Notes: generated by a model not told the origin, from the letters alone. Shown: positions 36,195 through 45,230, counted from the stretch's first letter. The stretch: 64,000 nt of DNA from Paracoccus sp. (in: a-proteobacteria) (GCF_047605025.1 NZ_JASGGO010000015.1:2970-66969), one strand, 5' to 3'. Numbers and translations: made by a program.

Positions 36195-37245
36195 AGCATT
36201 TCTGTTGAACGCTGGCTCACTTGGGGTTCCGTGGCGGTGCTGATCGTGATTCCCTTCCATTTGGGAGGATGGATCATGTCAGCACCATTGCCATCGGCAC
36301 TTCGGGTTCGGTTTCATCGATATATCGATGAGGGTCTGAGTGGCCGGGCAGCGGCGCTGCGGCTGAAGCTCTCGCGGGCGACCGGCGCCCGGGCGCGGGC
36401 GACCAGGACCAATGGGCATGCCGAGCCATTGCCCCAGGGCCGTCCCACGGGGCATGGCAAGCTTGCTTCGCACCGGGCCTTTTTCGAGGAACTGCTTGCA
36501 CAAGACCTCGACATCACGCTGTTGGAACTCAGGGACGCGCTGGCCGCGGCGGAAGGTGTTCGGGTCCATCATTCGTCCATCGCCAGCCTGCTGTCACGGC
36601 TTGGGTTCACCTATAAAAAAGTCTCTGGTGGCCGCCGGGCGCCGTGGTAGCAGGGTAAGGCAGCGGCGGATCGACTGGTTCGCGCATCGCCTGCCCGCCA
36701 TCGCCGATCACCCGGATCGCGTGGTTTTTATTGATGAAACTTCGGTGAAGACCAATCTTACCCGCCTGCGGGGCCGGGCCCTGCGTGGCACACGCCTGAC
36801 CATGGATGCGCCCTTCGGCAGTTGGGGAACACAGACCCTGATCGCCGGCCTCACCACGGAGGCCCTGATCGCGCCCTGGTGCATCAAGGGCGCAATGGAC
36901 GGTCCCGCCTTCGCAACCTGGGTGCGCGAAGTCCTGATCCCGGAGATCGAGCCGGGAACCGTGGTGATCCTCGACAACCTTGCCGCCCACCACAACAGGC
37001 AGGCTGCCGAGGCTCTGCATGCCCATCGTTGCTGGTTCATCTATCTGCCGCCATATTCGCCGGATCTGAACCCTATCGAGATGGCATTCGCCAAGCTCAA
37101 GGCCCACCTGCGCAGGATCGGAGCACCAACCTTCACCGATGTCTTCAAGGCAATCGGCGAGGTCTGTGATCTCTTCGATCCCGACGAATGCTGGAACTAC
37201 CTCAAGGCTGCCCGGTATGTCCCAGGTTAAAGCAGAAACGCTTTA
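36192..37245 (+). mobile_element. IS630-family insertion sequence flanked by TA target duplication
   Basis: Imperfect ~27-bp terminal inverted repeats: left TAAAGCATTTCTGTTGAACGCTGG, right (revcomp) TAAAGCGTTTCTGCTTTAACCTGG. TA at both ends. Internal DDE transposase. Confidence 0.85.
36276..37230 (+). CDS. IS630-family DDE transposase in two frames (orfA 36276-36650; orfB frame ~36616-37230). Needs a +1/-2 shift or loss of one A at the A6 run 36615-36620
   Basis: orfA carries the HTH region (...SSIASLLSRLGFTYKK). The orfB frame carries VVFIDETS, VILDNLAAHH and PPYSPDLNPIEMAF (D,D,E). GGGAGGA lies 6 nt before the ATG at 36276. Confidence 0.8.
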
Positions 37246-37249
37246 GGGC

Positions 37250-38065
37250 TTACTCGTTCGAGGCTTTTTCCGGCGCGCCTTCCGCATCGGCGGCAGGCTT
37301 GCGGCGGCTGCGTGGGGCCGCGCCGGTGCTACTGCGAGGCGCGCGGCGGCGGGGCGCCTTTTCGGCAACCTCGGGCACGGGCTCGGGCGACGGCTCGGGC
37401 GCGAGCAAAGGCAGTTCCGGCGCGGTATTGGTCTCGGGCGTCTCGACCGGGCCTGAGCGATCCTCGACCCCGATCACCGGGGGCAGGCCCTGGGCCGGCT
37501 CATCGACCGGGGGCTTTTCCTGCCGGGGGGCACGATCCTCACGGCGATCTTCTCGGCGATCCTCACGGTTCTGGTTCTGCTCGCGATTCTGGTCGCGGCG
37601 GTCCTGGAAACGATCGCTCTGGCGATTGTCGCGGCGCTCGCCCCGGCCGTCCTGGCGATGCTCACCCCGGCTGTCGTCGCGATCACGGTTGCCGTTCTGG
37701 TAATGGCCGCCATTTTGCTGGCCGCCGGCGTTCTGGCCCTGACCGGACTGGGCACTCTCACCCTCGTCGCGGTCATCATCGCGCGAAAAGCCGTTCTGAT
37801 GGCTTTGCCGCTCGGCCATTTCGCGCTGCGCCTCGCCCAGCATGCGGGTGTAATGCTCGGCATGCTGAAGGAAGCTCTGCTCGGCCACACGGTCGTTCGA
37901 GAGTTGGGCGTCGCGCGCCAGCGCCAGATACTTCTCAATGATCTGCTGCGGCGTGCCGCGCACCTTACCCTCGGGACCCGAGGAATCGAAGACGCGGTTG
38001 ACGATATTGCCCAGCGTGCGCTGGCGGTTCGACTTGTTACGCGAACGGGATTTGGATGATCTCAT
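37250..38065 (-). CDS. DUF4167 domain protein with long Arg/Asp/Asn/Gln-rich low-complexity tail
   Basis: MRSSKSRSRNKSNRQRTLGNIVNRVFDSSGPEGKVRGTPQQIIEKYLALARDA is the DUF4167 N-terminal pattern. The track start at 38095 is a TTG. Confidence 0.8.
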   Translation of the reverse strand: MRSSKSRSRNKSNRQRTLGNIVNRVFDSSGPEGKVRGTPQQIIEKYLALARDAQLSNDRVAEQSFLQHAEHYTRMLGEAQREMAERQSHQNGFSRDDDRDEGESAQSGQGQNAGGQQNGGHYQNGNRDRDDSRGEHRQDGRGERRDNRQSDRFQDRRDQNREQNQNREDRREDRREDRAPRQEKPPVDEPAQGLPPVIGVEDRSGPVETPETNTAPELPLLAPEPSPEPVPEVAEKAPRRRAPRSSTGAAPRSRRKPAADAEGAPEKASNE

Positions 38066-38296
38066 CAGCTTGTTGTCAATTCGTGGGTCCGGCAAAGGGC
38101 CGACTCAGGTTAGGGTCGTTCTTATTGCAGCGAGTGCCAGTTCAGGAGCGGCGTTTAGCCCGATGTCCCGTCTACCAGTGAAGGCTGAGATTAACTGACC
38201 CGTGCGTGGGCCTGTCGCCCCCGTCACAAGTCCCACTAACCATCCCTCGGCCCGCCTTACAAGGGGAATCTTCCGCATTTGCGAGGTTTTGAGCGA

Positions 38297-39148
38297 TTAG
38301 CCGCAGCTTGTGACCGGATTGCGGCCCCAGACCGCCCGGTCCCGGCCATCCAGATCCTGACGCAGCGTCACCTGCGTCAGCCCCGCCTGCCGCATCAGCC
38401 CCTGGACGGCGGCGCCCTGGCTGGGGCCTATCTCGACCATCAGCCGGCCCTGGGGGTTCAGATGGGCCAGGGCCCCGGCGCAGATGGCGCGATAGGCGGC
38501 AAGCCCGTCGCCCTCATCGGTCAGCGCCAGGCGCGGCTCCCAGTCGCGCACCTCGGGGGAAAGATCCGCCATCTCGGACAGTGCGATATAGGGCGGGTTC
38601 GAGACGATCAGGTCGAAGCGGCCATCGACAGCCCCATACCAGTCCGAAAACCGGAATTCGGGCCGCACGCCGACCGCCTCGGCATTTCCGCGCGCCACGT
38701 CCAGGGCGGCACGGGAAAGGTCGGTGCCAAGCCCGCGCGCCGCGCGCCGCTCGGCCAGAAGCGAGATCAGGATCGCGCCCGTCCCGGTGCCAAGGTCGAG
38801 CACGCTTTCGAACGCTTCGGACAGCGCCAGTTCTACCAGCAATTCGGTTTCGGGGCGGGGATCCAGCGTGTCGGGAGTGACGCGGAAATCATGCTTCCAG
38901 AAGGCGCGGCGGCCGACGATCTGGCTGACCGGCTGACGCGCGGCACGGGCGGCGACAAGCCCGGCATAGGCATCCGCCAGGGCCTGATCCGGCGTATGTT
39001 CGGTCAGGCGGTGGCGCGGGACCGGCGGCTGGCCCAAGGCCTCCAGCGCGTGCTGAAACAGGCGCTGGGCATCGCGCGCGGGGTCGGGCACGCCTGCGGC
39101 GGCCAGCCGCGCCTGGGCATCGCGCAACAGATCGGCGGCGCCGGGCAT
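38297..39148 (-). CDS. prmC: Release factor glutamine N5-methyltransferase
   Basis: DLGTGTGAI SAM loop and SNPPYI motif. The start shares 1 nt with the prfA stop. Confidence 0.92.
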   Translation of the reverse strand: MPGAADLLRDAQARLAAAGVPDPARDAQRLFQHALEALGQPPVPRHRLTEHTPDQALADAYAGLVAARAARQPVSQIVGRRAFWKHDFRVTPDTLDPRPETELLVELALSEAFESVLDLGTGTGAILISLLAERRAARGLGTDLSRAALDVARGNAEAVGVRPEFRFSDWYGAVDGRFDLIVSNPPYIALSEMADLSPEVRDWEPRLALTDEGDGLAAYRAICAGALAHLNPQGRLMVEIGPSQGAAVQGLMRQAGLTQVTLRQDLDGRDRAVWGRNPVTSCG

Positions 39149-40203
39149 CAGCCTTCCTGAGCGGCCAGGCGCGCGGCCTGGTCATGCGCGATCAGGGCAT
39201 CGGTGGTCTCGGCCAGGTCGCCCGCAATGATGCGGTCCAGCGCGTAAAGCGTCAGCCCGATCCGGTGATCGGTCATGCGGCCCTGGGGAAAGTTGTAGGT
39301 GCGGATGCGCTCGCTGCGGTCGCCTGAACCCACCTGGCTCTTGCGGTCGGCGGCGCGCTCGGCATCGGCGCGCGAGCGTTCGATATCGTAAAGCCGCGCG
39401 CGCAGGACGGCCATGGCATTGGCGCGGTTCTGGTGCTGGGATTTTTCCGAACTGGTGACGATGATTCCGGTCGGCAGATGGGTGATGCGCACCGCCGAGT
39501 CGGTGGTGTTGACATGCTGTCCCCCCGCCCCCGAGGCGCGCATGGTGTCGATGCGGATGTCGCCGGCGGGGATGTCGATATCGACCTCTTCGGCCTCGGG
39601 CAGGACGGCGACGGTGGCCGCGCTGGTATGGATGCGGCCGCCGGATTCGGTCTCGGGGACGCGCTGGACGCGATGCACGCCGGATTCGTATTTCAGCCGG
39701 GCAAAGACGCCCTCGCCCTCGATCCGGGCGGTGACCTCGCGCACGCCGCCCAGTTCGGATTCGGCCAGTTCCAGGATCTGGAAGCTCCAGCCCTGCGATT
39801 CGGCATAGCGGCGATACATCGAGAGCAGATCCCCCGCGAAAAGCGCGGCCTCGTCGCCGCCGGTGCCTGGGCGGATTTCAAGGATGGCGGGGCGGGCGTC
39901 GGCGGCGTCCCTGGGCAGCAGCGCCAGGCGCAGACGGTGCTCCAGATCGGGCAGAAGCCCGCGCAGGCGCGACAGCTCATCCTCGGCCAGTTCGCGCATC
40001 TCGGCGTCCGCCAGCATCGCCTGAGCCTCGCGGATGCCGTCCTGGGCCGCGCGCCATTCCTGGATCTGGGCGACCACGGGTTTCAGTTCGGCATATTCGC
40101 GGCTGATCGCGGCGATCCTGTCCGGCGCGGGACCGGCATTCAACTGCGCTTCGAGAAACTCGAAACGCTGGATGATCTGAAGAAGGCGGTCCTGAGGCAG
40201 CAT
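39148..40203 (-). CDS. prfA: Peptide chain release factor 1
   Basis: 351 aa with [21 protein letters not shown] (GGQ). Followed by prmC. Confidence 0.96.
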   Translation of the reverse strand: MLPQDRLLQIIQRFEFLEAQLNAGPAPDRIAAISREYAELKPVVAQIQEWRAAQDGIREAQAMLADAEMRELAEDELSRLRGLLPDLEHRLRLALLPRDAADARPAILEIRPGTGGDEAALFAGDLLSMYRRYAESQGWSFQILELAESELGGVREVTARIEGEGVFARLKYESGVHRVQRVPETESGGRIHTSAATVAVLPEAEEVDIDIPAGDIRIDTMRASGAGGQHVNTTDSAVRITHLPTGIIVTSSEKSQHQNRANAMAVLRARLYDIERSRADAERAADRKSQVGSGDRSERIRTYNFPQGRMTDHRIGLTLYALDRIIAGDLAETTDALIAHDQAARLAAQEG

Positions 40204-40346
40204 GGCCGGGGATTAGCCCCAGATCCGCCGGGCGGCAAGCCGCAACCGCCGCATCACCGCCCCGGCCCTGGGAAAGGATCCGGGGCCACCCCTGGAAGCC
40301 GTATCAGAAACAGGATGCAAGACATTGTTCCTGATCGGAAACGCCC

Positions 40347-40931
40347 TTAGCCAGCCTTGGGCGCCTCGACCGTGATGCTGATGTCCAGCTTGTCATCCAC
40401 GGCGGGGGCGAATTTGCCCAGGTTGAAATCCGAGCGCAGGATGCTGGTTTCCGCATCGAAGCCCGCGACCTCCTGGCCGCTCATCGGGTGTTTGGCGAGC
40501 TGGCGCAGTTCCACATCCAGCACCACCGGCTTGGTCACCCCGTTCAGCGTCAGATCGCCCGTGACCTTGGCTTCCTTGCCGTCGCCCTCGACCTCCACCT
40601 TGGTGGATTTGAAGGTGGCCAGCGCCGTGGCCTTGTCGGTGTTCAGAAAGTTCGGCCCGAAAAGATGCCCGTCCAGCACGGGCGAGACGCTGACCAGACC
40701 GGAAAGCGGGATCGTCGCCTCGACGCTGGAACTGGCCGGGTTCTCGGCATCCAGCATCAGCTTGCCGGTCACGCCGTTGATGATGCCGGTGCTGGTCGAA
40801 AAGCCCATATGCCCGTAATCGAACACGACCTGGCTGTGCGAGGGATCGAAATCATAGGCCACCGGCTCGGCCAGGGCGGCGGTCCCGGTCAGGACCAGAG
40901 CGAGGGCTGCGGGAATGAAAAACGGCTTCAT
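40347..40931 (-). CDS. Secreted YceI-family protein
   Basis: Signal peptide MKPFFIPAALALVLTGTAALA. YDFDPSHSQVVFDYGHMGFS and GDLTLNGVTKPV YceI blocks. Confidence 0.9.
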   Translation of the reverse strand: MKPFFIPAALALVLTGTAALAEPVAYDFDPSHSQVVFDYGHMGFSTSTGIINGVTGKLMLDAENPASSSVEATIPLSGLVSVSPVLDGHLFGPNFLNTDKATALATFKSTKVEVEGDGKEAKVTGDLTLNGVTKPVVLDVELRQLAKHPMSGQEVAGFDAETSILRSDFNLGKFAPAVDDKLDISITVEAPKAG

Positions 40932-41111
40932 GATGATCTCCTGATGGAATTTATCGGTTTACTGTCGCCGGGGAATGCCCTTGTCGCAACAAGGCCCTGC
41001 TTAACATATCCTGACAAATGCGTGTTGAGACCAGGCGGCGAAACACTGTCGCCGCAATGGGGAAGGCGGCGGGAAGGAATGCCCCGCCCCCATGATCCAA
41101 GGGGATTTCGC

Positions 41112-41139
41112 CTTGCAATCACGCCGACCGCCGCTATAA
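41112..41139 (+). promoter_or_regulatory. Candidate sigma70 promoter of rpsF-rpsR-rplI
   Basis: CTTGCA-N16-CTATAA against the alphaproteobacterial consensus CTTGAC-N16/17-CTATAT. About 95-nt leader to the ATG. Confidence 0.45.
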
Positions 41140-41240
41140 GGGCGCATCCTTCCGCATAAGCGAAACCGGCGCAGCCTCTCGTGGCGGGGCGCGGAGGGAC
41201 TGTCCCGCCGTTGAAATGCGCTTTGAACATAGGTGCAGAC

Positions 41241-41663
41241 ATGCCGCTTTATGAGCATGTGCTGATCGCCCGCCAGGACCTGTCGAACACGCAGGCCGAG
41301 GGGCTGATCGAACATTTCTCGACCGTTCTCGCCGATAATGGCGGCAAGGTCGTCGATAACGAATACTGGGGCGTGCGCACGCTTGCCTACAAGATCAACA
41401 AGAACCGCAAGGGCCATTACGCCTTCCTGCGTTCGGACGCGCCCTCGGCCGCCGTGCAGGAGATGGAGCGCCTGGCCCGTCTGCATGACGACGTGATGCG
41501 CGTGCTGACCGTCCGCGTGGACGAGCACAAGGACGGCCCCTCGGTCCAGATGCAGAAGCGCGACGAGCGTGAGCGCGGTGACCGTGGCGATCGCGGAGAC
41601 CGTGGTGATCGCGGGGACCGTGGCGAACGCCGCGAGCGTCGCGAACGCGACGACCGGAACTAA
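41241..41663 (+). CDS. rpsF: 30S ribosomal protein S6 with (RGD)5-RGERRERRE C-terminal tail
   Basis: MPLYEHVLIARQD...YWGVRTLAYKINK S6 core. Internal ATG of the track ORF. Confidence 0.95.
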   Translation: MPLYEHVLIARQDLSNTQAEGLIEHFSTVLADNGGKVVDNEYWGVRTLAYKINKNRKGHYAFLRSDAPSAAVQEMERLARLHDDVMRVLTVRVDEHKDGPSVQMQKRDERERGDRGDRGDRGDRGDRGERRERRERDDRN

Positions 41664-41681
41664 GGGAAAGGAACCAGAACC

Positions 41682-41909
41682 ATGGCGAACAAACCCTTCT
41701 TCCGCCGCCGGAAAGTGTGCCCCTTCTCGGGCGACAACGCTCCTGCCATCGATTACAAGGATACGCGTCTGCTTCAGCGTTACGTTTCGGAACGCGGCAA
41801 GATCGTGCCCTCGCGCATCACCGCCGTCTCGGCGAAGAAGCAGCGTGAACTGGCCCGCGCCATCAAGCGCGCCCGCTTCCTCGCCCTGCTTCCCTATGCC
41901 GTGAAGTAA
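41682..41909 (+). CDS. rpsR: 30S ribosomal protein S18
   Basis: [10 protein letters not shown]...[21 protein letters not shown] signature. Confidence 0.97.
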   Translation: MANKPFFRRRKVCPFSGDNAPAIDYKDTRLLQRYVSERGKIVPSRITAVSAKKQRELARAIKRARFLALLPYAVK

Positions 41910-41921
41910 GGAGAGACGATC

Positions 41922-42506
41922 ATGCAAGTCATCCTGCTGGAACGTGTGGCCAAGCTGGGCCAGATGGGCGATGTCGTGAAGGTGAAAGACGGCTTCGCGC
42001 GCAACTTCCTCTTGCCGCAAGGCAAGGCGCTGCGGGCCTCGGAAGCCAATATCGCGGCCTTCGAAGAGCGTAAGGTCGAACTGGCCAACCGCAACGACGA
42101 AACCCGCGCCGATGCGCAGAAGCTGGCCGAGAAACTGGACGGCCAGATCTTCGTCATCATCCGTTCGGCCTCGGACGCCGGCGCGCTTTACGGTTCGGTC
42201 ACGCCGCGCGATGCCGCCGATGCCGCCATTGCCGAAGGCTTCTCGGTCGAGCGTCGTCAGGTCGTTCTGACCGCGCCGATCAAGGAACTGGGCCTGCACG
42301 AGGTGCGCGTTCACCTGCACCCGGAAGTCGGTGCGACGATCAGGCTGAACGTCGCCCGCTCGGCCGAGGAAGCCAAGCTGCAAGCCTCGGGCAAGTCGAT
42401 CCAGGAACTGGCCGCCGAAGAAGAGGCCGCCGCCGAGTTCGAAATCGCCGAACTGTTCGACGATATCGGCTCTGCCGGCCGCGACGAGGATGGCGACGCG
42501 AACTGA
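41922..42506 (+). CDS. rplI: 50S ribosomal protein L9
   Basis: [37 protein letters not shown]-terminus. Confidence 0.96.
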   Translation: MQVILLERVAKLGQMGDVVKVKDGFARNFLLPQGKALRASEANIAAFEERKVELANRNDETRADAQKLAEKLDGQIFVIIRSASDAGALYGSVTPRDAADAAIAEGFSVERRQVVLTAPIKELGLHEVRVHLHPEVGATIRLNVARSAEEAKLQASGKSIQELAAEEEAAAEFEIAELFDDIGSAGRDEDGDAN

Positions 42507-42535
42507 TCGCGTCCTTTCCCTGGCAAGACCCCGAA

Positions 42536-42560
42536 ACGCGCCGCCTGCGGCGCGTTTTTT
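42536..42560 (+). terminator. Intrinsic terminator of the S6 operon
   Basis: ACGCGCCG-cctg-CGGCGCGT followed by TTTTT. Confidence 0.8.
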
Positions 42561-42662
42561 CATGGCATCGCCACACGCGGGCCGGGGAACGTTCGGGCCG
42601 GCTTGCGGGTTGATCCCCAAACTTCAGCCCCACGACCGCGGCCTCATCCCAAGGACAATCCC

Positions 42663-43547
42663 ATGAGCAGCCACCACTCCGACCGCCGCGATCCCGACCC
42701 GCAGGGCGATTTGGGCGTCACCCGGACCGATGCGGATGTGCTCAGCGAGACCCGCTTTGGCCCCCGCCCCGTGCCCCAGGGGCACAGGCCTCCTCACGGG
42801 CCGCATGAATCGCGCCGCATCCCGCCCTCGGGCGATGTTTCGCCGGACGGCTCGCGCAGCTATCCGCGCCCGTCCCGGCTGGCGAAGTGGATCGTCTGGG
42901 GCGGCACCGGGATCGCCGCGGCGGCCCTGACGGCCGGCACGGTCTATGCCGCCCGCCATGTCGCCGACCTGCTGGATGGCGACAAATCCCCCGCCGGCGG
43001 GCCGCGCCCGGCCAAGCCGCCCCACATGCCCGCCGAGGCGGCCCGCGACGACCGTCCCCCCCGACAAGGTGCCCGACAAGACGCCCAGGATCGCGCCGCG
43101 CGTTTCGCCGCCCCCTCGGCGGACGAGCCGCGCGCCCGGCCTCGCCGCCGCGCGCCCCGCCGCAACCTGATGCAAGAGATCGAACAGAACACCCAAAGCC
43201 TCAGCCAGGGGGTGGACAGCGTGATGCGCTCGGTCAATCACGCGGTAACGGGGTTTGGCGGCGTCGCGGGGCAAGCCGCCCAGATCGTCCGCGAATTCGG
43301 CGATGTCGCGGTCCTGATCCGCGAATTGATGGGCAATTCCCAAGACCGGCGCCCGGAGCCGGCCGCGCGTCAGGGTTTCGGCACCCGTCCGCCCGGTCCC
43401 GCGCATGGCGAAGTTCATCCCGACAACCGGGCCCCCGACGACCGCCACGGCGCGCATATGCCCGACCTGCATGGCGATGCCGCCGCCCATGACCCGGCCA
43501 AGGACTCCATCGCTCGCGATTTCGATCCCCGCAGCCATCGGCTTTGA
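42663..43547 (+). CDS. Hypothetical single-pass membrane protein, largely disordered, Pro/Arg/Asp/His-rich
   Basis: GC-rich third codon positions in this frame. One TM helix (WIVWGGTGIAAAALTAGTVYA). The opposite-strand ORF 42624-43562 is judged a shadow. Confidence 0.55.
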   Translation: MSSHHSDRRDPDPQGDLGVTRTDADVLSETRFGPRPVPQGHRPPHGPHESRRIPPSGDVSPDGSRSYPRPSRLAKWIVWGGTGIAAAALTAGTVYAARHVADLLDGDKSPAGGPRPAKPPHMPAEAARDDRPPRQGARQDAQDRAARFAAPSADEPRARPRRRAPRRNLMQEIEQNTQSLSQGVDSVMRSVNHAVTGFGGVAGQAAQIVREFGDVAVLIRELMGNSQDRRPEPAARQGFGTRPPGPAHGEVHPDNRAPDDRHGAHMPDLHGDAAAHDPAKDSIARDFDPRSHRL

Positions 43548-43564
43548 GCCGCGCGGCTCCAATC

Positions 43565-43578
43565 TTGATCTGCGTCAA
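43565..43578. promoter_or_regulatory. FNR/FnrL box TTGATCTGCGTCAA
   Basis: 13/14 match to TTGAT-N4-ATCAA. Centre is ~82 nt upstream of the usp ATG, leaving a ~41-nt leader if it acts at -41.5. Confidence 0.6.
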
Positions 43579-43653
43579 TCCGCTTGCCCGAAGGCCCGCT
43601 AGGATAGATCCGTGGATGCCTCGGTTCAGAGGCGCAAAGAAGGAGAGAGGCAT

Positions 43654-44484
43654 ATGGGCTACAAGTCCATTCTGACCGTGCTGACCGGCGAGGCGCGGCA
43701 GCAGCTTGATTCGGCCGTCGCCATGACCCGGCGCGAGAATGCGCATCTGGATGTTTTCTGCTTGGGCGTCGATCACAGCCAGGTCGGCTATTATTATGCC
43801 GGCGCCTCGGCCTATGTGTTGCAGGAAACCATCGACAAAGCCGTGGCCTCGGCGGGTGAGTTGGAACAGAAAGTGCGTGATCGGCTGGCCCCCGAGGATA
43901 TCCGCTGGTCGGTCGATTCCGCTGTCGCGCAGGTGGGCGGCCTGTCCACGCTGGTGGCGCTGCGGGCGCGCTATTCGGATCTGGTGGTGTTGAACCGGCC
44001 CTATGGCGAAGGCGCCTCGGCCGATGCGGAGGCGATCACCGAAGCCGCCCTATTCGAGGGCGCCGCTCCGGTGCTGATCGTTCCGCATGAACTGACCGAG
44101 CCCTTCGGCAAGCGCATCCTGATCGCCTGGAACCAGTCGAGCGAGGCGATGGCTGCGGTGCGCCGCGCGCTGCCGCTTCTCCAGGCCGCCGATGCGGTCG
44201 AAATCACGGTGATCGATCCTTCGCCCAACGGGCCGGAACGCTCGGACCCCGGCGGAGCCTTGTGCCAGATGCTGACGCGCCATGGCGTCCGGGCCGAGAT
44301 CGCAGTCCTGGCCCGCACCCTGCCCCAGGTCAGCGACATCCTGACCCGCCGCGCGACCGAGATCGGCGCCGACATGGTGGTGATGGGTGCCTATGGCCAT
44401 TCGCGCTTTCGCCAGGCCATTCTGGGCGGCGCCACGCGCAATATGCTGGAAAAGGCCACCGTCCCGGTGCTGATGGCCCGCTAG
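43654..44484 (+). CDS. Tandem-domain universal stress protein (UspA family)
   Basis: ATG preceded by AGGAGAGAGG. C-terminal Usp motif ADMVVMGAYGHSRFRQAILGGATRNML. Confidence 0.87.
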   Translation: MGYKSILTVLTGEARQQLDSAVAMTRRENAHLDVFCLGVDHSQVGYYYAGASAYVLQETIDKAVASAGELEQKVRDRLAPEDIRWSVDSAVAQVGGLSTLVALRARYSDLVVLNRPYGEGASADAEAITEAALFEGAAPVLIVPHELTEPFGKRILIAWNQSSEAMAAVRRALPLLQAADAVEITVIDPSPNGPERSDPGGALCQMLTRHGVRAEIAVLARTLPQVSDILTRRATEIGADMVVMGAYGHSRFRQAILGGATRNMLEKATVPVLMAR

Positions 44485-45230
44485 CTCGGCAGGCCGCCAT
44501 CCATGTCGTCCCCGCTTTCCGCGATCAGATCGCGGAAGCTGGGGACGATCACCCGGCGCTTGCCCGCAAGCTCGATCAGCCCCTCGCGCTTCAGGGTATT
44601 GATCTGGCGGCTGACGGTTTCCAGCGTCAGGCCCAGATAATCGGACATGGCATCGCGCGTCAAAGGCAGTTCGACCGCGATCCTGCCCTCGGGGCGCTGC
44701 TTGATCAGCGCTGCCTCTCGCCGGGCCAGGATGACCAGGAAGGACGCGATCTTTTCGCGCGCGGATTTCCGGCCCAGAAGCAGCAGCCAGTCGCGGGCGG
44801 CGTCCAACTCGTCCAGGGTCATCTCAAGCAGGCGGCTCGCGATGCGGGGATTGTCGATCAGCAGCTTCTCGAAGGGCTTGCGGCGAAAGCAGCACAAGGT
44901 CAGGTCACTGGTCGCGGTAACGGTATAGGCAGCCATCTCGCGCCCCGGACGGCCCAGGAAATCGCTGGGCAGCAACAGCCCCACCATCTGCGTGCGCCCA
45001 TCCTCCATCTGCTGGGTCAGCCCCGCCATGCCAGCAACGACCGAGCCGACGAAATCCATCCGATCCCCCGCCCAGACGATGACCTGCCCCGCCTCGAAGC
45101 TGCGATAGAACTTCATCTGCTCCAACTCGGCCAGTTCGTCCTTCTCGCAATGTGCGCAGACCGCCCGATACCGGATCGGGCAGATCGCGCAGGCATGCTG
45201 CGAGACGAGAAGGGCGTTATCTGCTGTCAT
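44481..45230 (-). CDS. fnrL: FNR-type oxygen-sensing Crp/Fnr transcription factor
   Basis: N-terminal Cys cluster HACAICPIRYRAVCAHC plus central Cys, cNMP-like beta-roll, and C-terminal HTH LTRDAMSDYLGLTLETVSRQINTLKREG. Confidence 0.9.
   Translation of the reverse strand: MTADNALLVSQHACAICPIRYRAVCAHCEKDELAELEQMKFYRSFEAGQVIVWAGDRMDFVGSVVAGMAGLTQQMEDGRTQMVGLLLPSDFLGRPGREMAAYTVTATSDLTLCCFRRKPFEKLLIDNPRIASRLLEMTLDELDAARDWLLLLGRKSAREKIASFLVILARREAALIKQRPEGRIAVELPLTRDAMSDYLGLTLETVSRQINTLKREGLIELAGKRRVIVPSFRDLIAESGDDMDGGLPS

Noticed and set aside
42624-43562. 312-aa minus-strand ORF as the real gene of this interval.
   Set aside because: Third-position GC bias, a plausible ATG and a TM helix favour the plus-strand frame (42663-43547). 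The minus-strand product is an Arg/Gly/Ala-rich string. The call remains only moderately confident.
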